Source: an uncultured archaeon (GTDB taxonomy: Archaea > Aenigmatarchaeota > Aenigmatarchaeia > GW2011-AR5). Taken from it: DNA of 64,000 bases. The notes beneath the pieces are model-generated. The model was not told the origin of the DNA. It ran no database searches and saw nothing but the letters and a program-made list of their open reading frames with translations. The first letter of the stretch is position 1. Every line of letters starts with the position of its first letter. Both the position numbers and the translations under genes were made by a program. The stretch covers positions 82,768-146,767 of the forward strand of contig CAYJTG010000001.1 of NCBI GenBank assembly GCA_964373255.1, given 5' to 3'. Of the stretch, positions 61,401-64,000 are shown piece by piece.

Positions 61401-63170
61401 GAATGTGCCTGATGTGATGTTGGCGGCTGGCAGTGACGGGACATTAGATACTGACCCAGTTATGTTTGCGAATGATATTGATAATTTATTATTCCAGCTC
61501 GACAAGTCCCCGCTGATGTTCTGAGCTAATAATGTGATCTTGTTGTTCCAGAATGACAGGTCGCCGGAAATGTTCTGCGCCAGCAATGTCAGCTTGTTGT
61601 TAAGAAATGCGATGTTCAGAAGCTTCAATGCATCAACCATGTCTATAGTGGCGTTTGTGACGTTGCCAGCAGCTATCTTTGCTGTCGTGACCGATGAGTC
61701 TGCTAATTCTGAAGTGTCGATCTGGCCGGAAGGCAGCGAGACTGTCCCAGAAGAAACAGTCAATCCCGTGGATGTTATTGTGCCCGCTACGTCCAGCGCG
61801 GTTGACGGGTTCGTGGTAAGAATGCCCACGCGTGCTGTTCCGTTGCTCACGAACAGAACGTTGTTGCTCACCGTGAGGTTTCTTCCGACAATCAGGTTGC
61901 CGGCTGCGTCTACATTCGTGAATGATTGCTCACCAACGTAAAGCGTCCCTGTGACGTTGGCGTCGCCCACGACCACAAGCTTCTGGCCCGGGCTCGTCGT
62001 TCCTATTCCAATCCGGCCTGTATTGTTGTCGACAAAAAGAATATTATTGCTGACAGTGAGATTTCTTGTAACAATGAGGTTCACAGGAAAAGTAAAGCTT
62101 CCGGAGCCGAACGTACCTGATGTGACATTAGCAGCCGGAATTGTTCCTTGATACGAGCCGACTATTGTGCCGTATATAAACCCTGTGACGTTCGCGTCGC
62201 CCACGACCGTGAGCAGATGTGTAGGCGCCGTAGTATTGATGCCCACCCTTCCTTCTGTATCTATCGTTACCCTGTCTGCGTTGTTTGTGTAAAATCTCAG
62301 CTGGTTGTTTGTTATCGTGCCCAGGCTCGCTCCGACGCCTCCGCCTGACAGCGTCCCAAGATACACGCCAAACGACCGTGAGCTGTCATTCACTAAAAGC
62401 ATGGTTGAATTCGTAGATCCAAGAACTGCCAGTGCGTTAGCCGGCACAACGCCCACACCGATCCTTCTGTTTATGGTGTCAACAACAAGAACGCTCGCGC
62501 CCGTGGAGTTCTGGACCTGCAAAGCCGTCGTCGAATCCGTGAGCGGCCGCTGAACAATAGTGCCGTTGAACGTGGCTGTCCCGCCGACAAGATTAAACAG
62601 CGACACAGGCGAGGTCGTGTTTACGCCGACGTTCCCGCCAACCGTTATGACATTCATTTTTCCGCCGGCGAAATTCTGTATCTCCAGAATATTAGCTGTT
62701 TGTCCGGATGAGTGCGGCTTGATGACAAACGTCCCGGCTGCTGTAGCGTTGTCGGCAATATAATTAGTGAAGTTTGTCCTGAACGTGTAGGCCGTCGACC
62801 CGATAGTGTACCTCGGAATCAGCGTCTCGCCGTTGATGACAAGCTCCAGGAAATAGTCTTCGCTGAACGTGAGGTTTAACACCGTGACAGACCCGAGCAG
62901 CGTGGCGAAAAGCCCCTGGCTGCTTGTATTGAGTTTTTTTGTCTCCTGCCACAAAGGCAACCCGCCCGTCTCGGCGTTGTACATCTTGAATATGAACGTG
63001 TACTCGCCCGCGAGGGGTTCATCGTTTATGTTCGTCAGTTTTCCCTGCACGTTCAGAAGGTTTGGTATCGCCATGGAGGCTGCAGAAAATAATACGAGTA
63101 CGAACAGGATGAGTACGCCGATCCTCTTATTAAAAAAGCCGCTAAAGCCGGAAGAAATTAGCCGCATCAC
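52443..63170 (-). CDS. Giant secreted fibre/adhesin-like protein (3575 aa): N-terminal signal/TM, >25 'GNVGIGTT(S/A)P' repeats, tandem LTLLAQNISGDLSFWNNKIT repeats, C-terminal phage tail-fibre-type intramolecular chaperone domain (peptidase S74-like, SDSRVKSNQ...) ending in a coiled coil
   Basis: Single 10.7-kb ORF. Nucleotide repeat cgtcgtcccgatgccgacgttgcc recurs ~17 times between 52.9 and 57.4 kb, with diverged copies up to 62.6 kb. The C-terminal 130 aa match the endosialidase-chaperone consensus start (S-D-x-R-x-K) followed by a heptad coiled coil. Confidence 0.8.
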   Translation of the reverse strand: MMRLISSGFSGFFNKRIGVLILFVLVLFSAASMAIPNLLNVQGKLTNINDEPLAGEYTFIFKMYNAETGGLPLWQETKKLNTSSQGLFATLLGSVTVLNLTFSEDYFLELVINGETLIPRYTIGSTAYTFRTNFTNYIADNATAAGTFVIKPHSSGQTANILEIQNFAGGKMNVITVGGNVGVNTTSPVSLFNLVGGTATFNGTIVQRPLTDSTTALQVQNSTGASVLVVDTINRRIGVGVVPANALAVLGSTNSTMLLVNDSSRSFGVYLGTLSGGGVGASLGTITNNQLRFYTNNADRVTIDTEGRVGINTTAPTHLLTVVGDANVTGFIYGTIVGSYQGTIPAANVTSGTFGSGSFTFPVNLIVTRNLTVSNNILFVDNNTGRIGIGTTSPGQKLVVVGDANVTGTLYVGEQSFTNVDAAGNLIVGRNLTVSNNVLFVSNGTARVGILTTNPSTALDVAGTITSTGLTVSSGTVSLPSGQIDTSELADSSVTTAKIAAGNVTNATIDMVDALKLLNIAFLNNKLTLLAQNISGDLSFWNNKITLLAQNISGDLSSWNNKLSISFANITGSVSNVPSLPAANITSGTFGSGGYTFPENLIVTRNLTVSNNILFVDNNTGRIGIGTLSPQQTFAVVGTANFTPASDSTSAFRIFNSTGTQILIVDTANRRVGIGILPTHELTVSGDANITGALYVGGVAVTGNITGTGSSNYIPKWTGSTSQGNSVIYESSSRIGIGTTNPTQALTVAGDANVTGTLYVGSQSFTNVDASGNTVIGRNLTVSNNVLFVSNGTSSVGVGTTSPLFTLQVVGTTNLSSGVIVHGSKCSAGQVLSTTANGTIQCVSDQGAGGSTLPAANITAGTFGGTTAYTFPQNLVVTRNLTVSNNILFVDNNTGRVGIGTTAPQNTLEVIGAVNISGVLYAVLAPAATTSNGTIILGKTSDGWENITFDTTLGSNGKFIFSAPLQIAASSPAITFYDPAQPTNTSRQKAIVFNASATYPISFGASVEVNGSLSVLGASPPTITFGSGSSAQTLQFDTNTQEFQFSGGKIKQDFSNLVRNGGFESFSGGSSWSGDQISAIADGWIQNSGTAYQYAPASYFVGTDVFQGYNALKLDPGGGNLGKISQDILAYKLQPNKTYSVGVWAKRNGTVSVRLNVTGTALVSGFTEQSSTSTNWALITGKFTTKATMNPSDVIHIELKAIGPSSGGFGYFDAVQMNSGNVISEYQDTPIIGVGDQTIYGGLRLQRTGADRGGVLTVDKSVRTRQIEFSYGGDPGWGGLDTNYMNDPRYNWGGNYMPSAIYIELFGNRGLRAVGQDLGATSELRISIEGTIGPVLSTLTGKSVIIPNITIGNVTFSENINLGAKRITNLGTPTQGSDAATKTYVDNQIVSQGNGTVTSISQGLGIILSPNPITTSGTVFFDSGYGNTTYINEGQSSGGDLSGTYPNPTIVWGNGNNKLTLLAQNISGDLSFWNNKITLLAQNISGDLSFWNNKITLLAQNISGDLSFWNNKITLDATNITSGILADARLSINAALLNRDNQKFTALQNFTSGVVLHATKCSSGQVLSTTANGTLQCVADQGAGGSTIPIANVTGGFSQQCAVGQFLRNVTLIDGTSSSICVADAGYGGVSGLSGANLTDSSVANQDLVNSSLTVTAGSGLSGGGSIALGGSGTLTVGAGTGITINADDVAIDTSVVPRKGVTETVTGVWTFDNDVIINRNLFLLGNLTNTNVNNLSVNGSILPPSVFDNTFDIGFTSRTWRRGYFGTDVLIGGSSVLTTISGLGAILTSKSGNTVTIALNGLSLPAANITGDLSTWNNKLTIAYANTTGIPPATTSLPIQNITGDYGTTLNNKIKLDYSNLTNTPTIPPATTSLPAANITVGTFGGTTAYTFPENLVVTRNLTVSNNVLFVDNNTGRVGIGTATPTSKLDIQTGTLSSTAHGRSLTLSSDDPSTLSMVTAFAADNNVQGLAIDSYKSRGTNAVPLVITTGDYPLIINGYGYSGATSGYKLAARIAFRTEGTIADNSVPGLMTFFTANTATPSVLTERMRIDSSGNVGIGTTAPGEILTLRKMAGDATVALNSNDVVGWHMGLDYSDGYRFKVGGGQTAGASDYLTITPAGDPLGEGNVGIGTTAPNQKLVVVGDANITGTLLAGIFSPSSIATSLLNVSGQTLLATSSGNVGIGTTGPASLLHLSKTTNNSFASIQIASDAANAYLYTFGSAYTTSGLYVQDSVTLEADSTTSGGLNLLASAGTGGVIRFGTGGNTERMRIDTSGNVGIGTTGPARKFEVFTSDTSQGAARLYASSASYTGTVVDIGSESSGNGFALLNVRYGVGMPNTAFRINGDGNVGIGTTSPNTKLQVQDGYISTYHANSANGAGYSIRSYTDGGATKNLLGEFGILQNGNNVQTGRFYLSLANAGAPADTSFTVLGNGNVGIGTTSPAAKLSVVGGNIVIDNDTYLYASGGGSILRLGDNDNINFDDGKMYLDRTTGNVGIGTTSPLTKLTLATTDGNTRLTFVQTDGATRNWLIGGQFNVNNGFEITPSTANGGSTFSTPAVVVLSSGNVGIGTTSPVDRLEVENSVAGRSEQIVVDNPSAANGVGVTSGIRWINSGNQMGVVFSERDNNQFNIQNLQAASIRFLTGTTFNAGERMRIQNDGNVGIGTTSPVFTLDIGRVTALGTLNDAIGDLVGKKGLIFHNALENYAGGAIVGKQVGNYGVDLLFGTKASGGNEITERMRIMNTGNVGIGTTAPAGLLQLGAGSFSATNAAYSEMHAGAFGVLFRNAYDSYITGNTQYTAAGWVNKYSVYKSVILGMVDGAFNFDTGTGTTAGAASSPTTKMTILNGGNVGIGTTGPNYKLEVSGNIGTNLNSIVLQPSGGSVATDGTYGIYWHVSGVTPSAAYGIYRMSGAWTANTYQQLRINFDTGIQLGAGTGVGTGYDKSYVEIVNGKGLMVTSGNVGIGTTNPGSKLDVAGSFRLAGSSGTLMQSGHWTWLHTNGDSSGKWIKIGELTVNGAYSAAGVVWSVFPTNPNHGDSVETISVQFRNGGSDIESTYNIEHEVTGGSEYTIADVKVVRRSGTGLGPNYLSIWAQASASWLGGVPWTAQYYGSVSLNTGDLTQYAAIPDTGTTYSRTSILSNINGNVGIGTTGPGAKLHVVGTSRFDNYIGGSTVVDGVTGLVVDGSVAGWGFYVRNSISTTYLYSPTHYITDGTAGRPVYFRGADLSGNSWAIPNSGSVYFNQGNVGIGITNPGTKLSVYTTTGGDGITLDGTQYPAIVLKTSGTVRGYIALPTFNDAYATGSVLGDIVYRTNGGKILLSTNSGGAGVAGIVITGTTGKVGIGVLAPDMLLELADANTIETGIEFANTGSGGKQWRVRTLGSGVSGRVGNFNIRNDADGINVMEITPSGYVGIGMTSPTHRLELPTTADASGQGWAWQWWSTSDSRVKSNQQPLNYGLAEVLKLTPKRYFYQNSHFDNNTLVVENSGKEIIGLVAQDVYPIMPELVDKPADENRTLWGLEYDLFAPVLVNAIQQQQQQVEQLKAENTELRSEMSDLKSRLAAIEKKLGINVAVLGGK

Positions 63171-63412
63171 GACCCCCTCCTGCTGACTAATTTCATGTTG
63201 CCGAAGCTGACGATCTTTATCTTATTTTCAGCTTCGAGAACGTAGCAATATTTAGAAGCAGTGGCTATCGATATTCCGCACCCTTGGGCAATCTTGTGGA
63301 TAGGCGTGCCGTCTCCTTTCTTCACAACTTCAAGAATCTGCTCTTTTACGCCCTTCTTGTACACTCTTTCTGCCCGCTCTGACCACGGATACCGCTCTTT
63401 CTGTCCGACCAA
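63167..63412 (-). CDS. Small winged-HTH transcriptional regulator, translationally coupled to the giant gene
   Basis: GTPIHKIAQGCGISIATASKYCYVLEAENKI is HTH-like; ATGA overlap with the giant gene start. Confidence 0.5.
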   Translation of the reverse strand: MVGQKERYPWSERAERVYKKGVKEQILEVVKKGDGTPIHKIAQGCGISIATASKYCYVLEAENKIKIVSFGNMKLVSRRGS

Positions 63413-63591
63413 GTAATGTTTTCGTAATTTTACATCTATACAATAAATATATTGACTAGACCTAGTATATAAAATTACCTTTTAAATTTACCGAATAAAT
63501 ATACAATATTATATGTGATGGTGCGCGCCGTCTTGGGCGGAAAAAAATTTTATATATTGCGGCTGCGCACAATTATAATGGAGAAACAAAA

Positions 63592-64000
63592 ATGACCGTA
63601 GAAAAAAACGACTTCATCCTAACTTTATCGCTTTTTGGAATCCTGCTTTCTTTACTTGTTCAAGTGTCGTACGCGCAGAATATAAAGAGCGGGAATTTCT
63701 CTGCTGTCATAATTATCGACGAGGCCGGCGGACTTTCGAACAGCTCCAGCTTCAAGATGGCACTCTCAGCGGGCTCTACGCTTGGTCTATCGAACTCTAC
63801 GACGTACAGGGCGTGCCTGGGCTACATGTGCGTCGAGTTCGGGCCGCGCGGTGAAATACTGAGCGTGCGGTTCCTCCTAGAGTTCAACATAAGCGGCGCA
63901 TCGGGCGACCAGGGCTTTGTCGGCAACAACGGCACAGGGCTGTACAGCCCGAAAGATATAGCGCAGCTCTTTGTCTGCGTGCAGGACCCGACCCTTACAG
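63592..64000 (+). CDS. Partial CDS (runs off window end): secreted protein with N-terminal signal peptide
   Basis: ATG at 63592 (MTVEKNDFILTLSLFGILLSLLVQVSYAQ...). Open to the window end, hence absent from the ORF track. Confidence 0.35.
   Translation, partial: MTVEKNDFILTLSLFGILLSLLVQVSYAQNIKSGNFSAVIIIDEAGGLSNSSSFKMALSAGSTLGLSNSTTYRACLGYMCVEFGPRGEILSVRFLLEFNISGASGDQGFVGNNGTGLYSPKDIAQLFVCVQDPTLT

Noticed and set aside
52900-62700. Regularly spaced, near-identical 24-nt repeats (cgtcgtcccgatgccgacgttgcc) that superficially resemble a CRISPR array.
   Set aside because: They are in-frame codons (GNVGIGTT) of one continuous 10.7-kb ORF. The spacers are of unequal length and themselves repetitive coding sequence. 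No cas genes are present.
52978-62763. Many 60-170-aa plus-strand ORFs in the track inside the giant gene.
   Set aside because: They are antisense, low-complexity (Pro/Val/Thr-rich) reading frames generated by the repeats; the minus-strand ORF is continuous and has recognisable domains.
63167-63412. That this HTH regulator controls the TA cassettes rather than the giant gene.
   Set aside because: It is translationally coupled to the giant gene start and more than 10 kb from the cassettes.

Overview
The window looks like an archaeal chromosome segment, with almost every gene on the minus strand. Evidence for archaeal origin: class-III (KG-cleaved) pilin signal peptides, a short archaeal-type AspRS together with GatCAB, FtsZ, and tRNA genes interrupted by long non-canonical introns. 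The content falls into seven parts. (1) At 681-4739 there is a translationally coupled four-gene operon: an E1-like ThiF protein that appears to carry one degenerate and one active adenylation domain plus CxxC zinc motifs, a JAB/MPN metalloprotease, a zinc-ribbon protein and a 136-aa protein. I read this as a candidate ubiquitin-like conjugation/deconjugation system of unclear type. (2) Housekeeping and membrane genes: tandem SPFH paralogs, pepD, gatA-GNAT-gatB, aspS, gatC, ftsZ, rhomboid, M50 protease, ZIP transporter, HhH-GPD glycosylase, S8 protease and a relE-type TA pair. (3) Two DUF87/HerA-type ATPases, one in an operon with a coiled-coil protein and a small protein. (4) A 9-kb block (40.5-49.5 kb) of five tandem class-III-signal pilin paralogs plus about eight further KG-signal or secreted proteins in an overlapping operon. 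(5) A 3575-aa secreted giant fibre/adhesin (52443-63170) with more than 25 'GNVGIGTT' repeats and a C-terminal phage-tail-fibre-like intramolecular chaperone (peptidase S74-like, SDSRVK) domain, preceded by a small HTH regulator. (6) Immediately downstream of the giant gene, three near-identical direct repeats of its last ~115-140 bp bracket three toxin-antitoxin cassettes (VapBC-like, DUF4258/DUF2283-like, HEPN/MNT). (7) Several dispersed repeat/structured-element families sit in intergenic regions, some abutting tRNAs, promoters or gene ends. The two most interesting items are the E1/JAB operon and the giant-fibre gene with its 3'-end-repeat/TA-cassette array. Coordinates of minus-strand starts are approximate.
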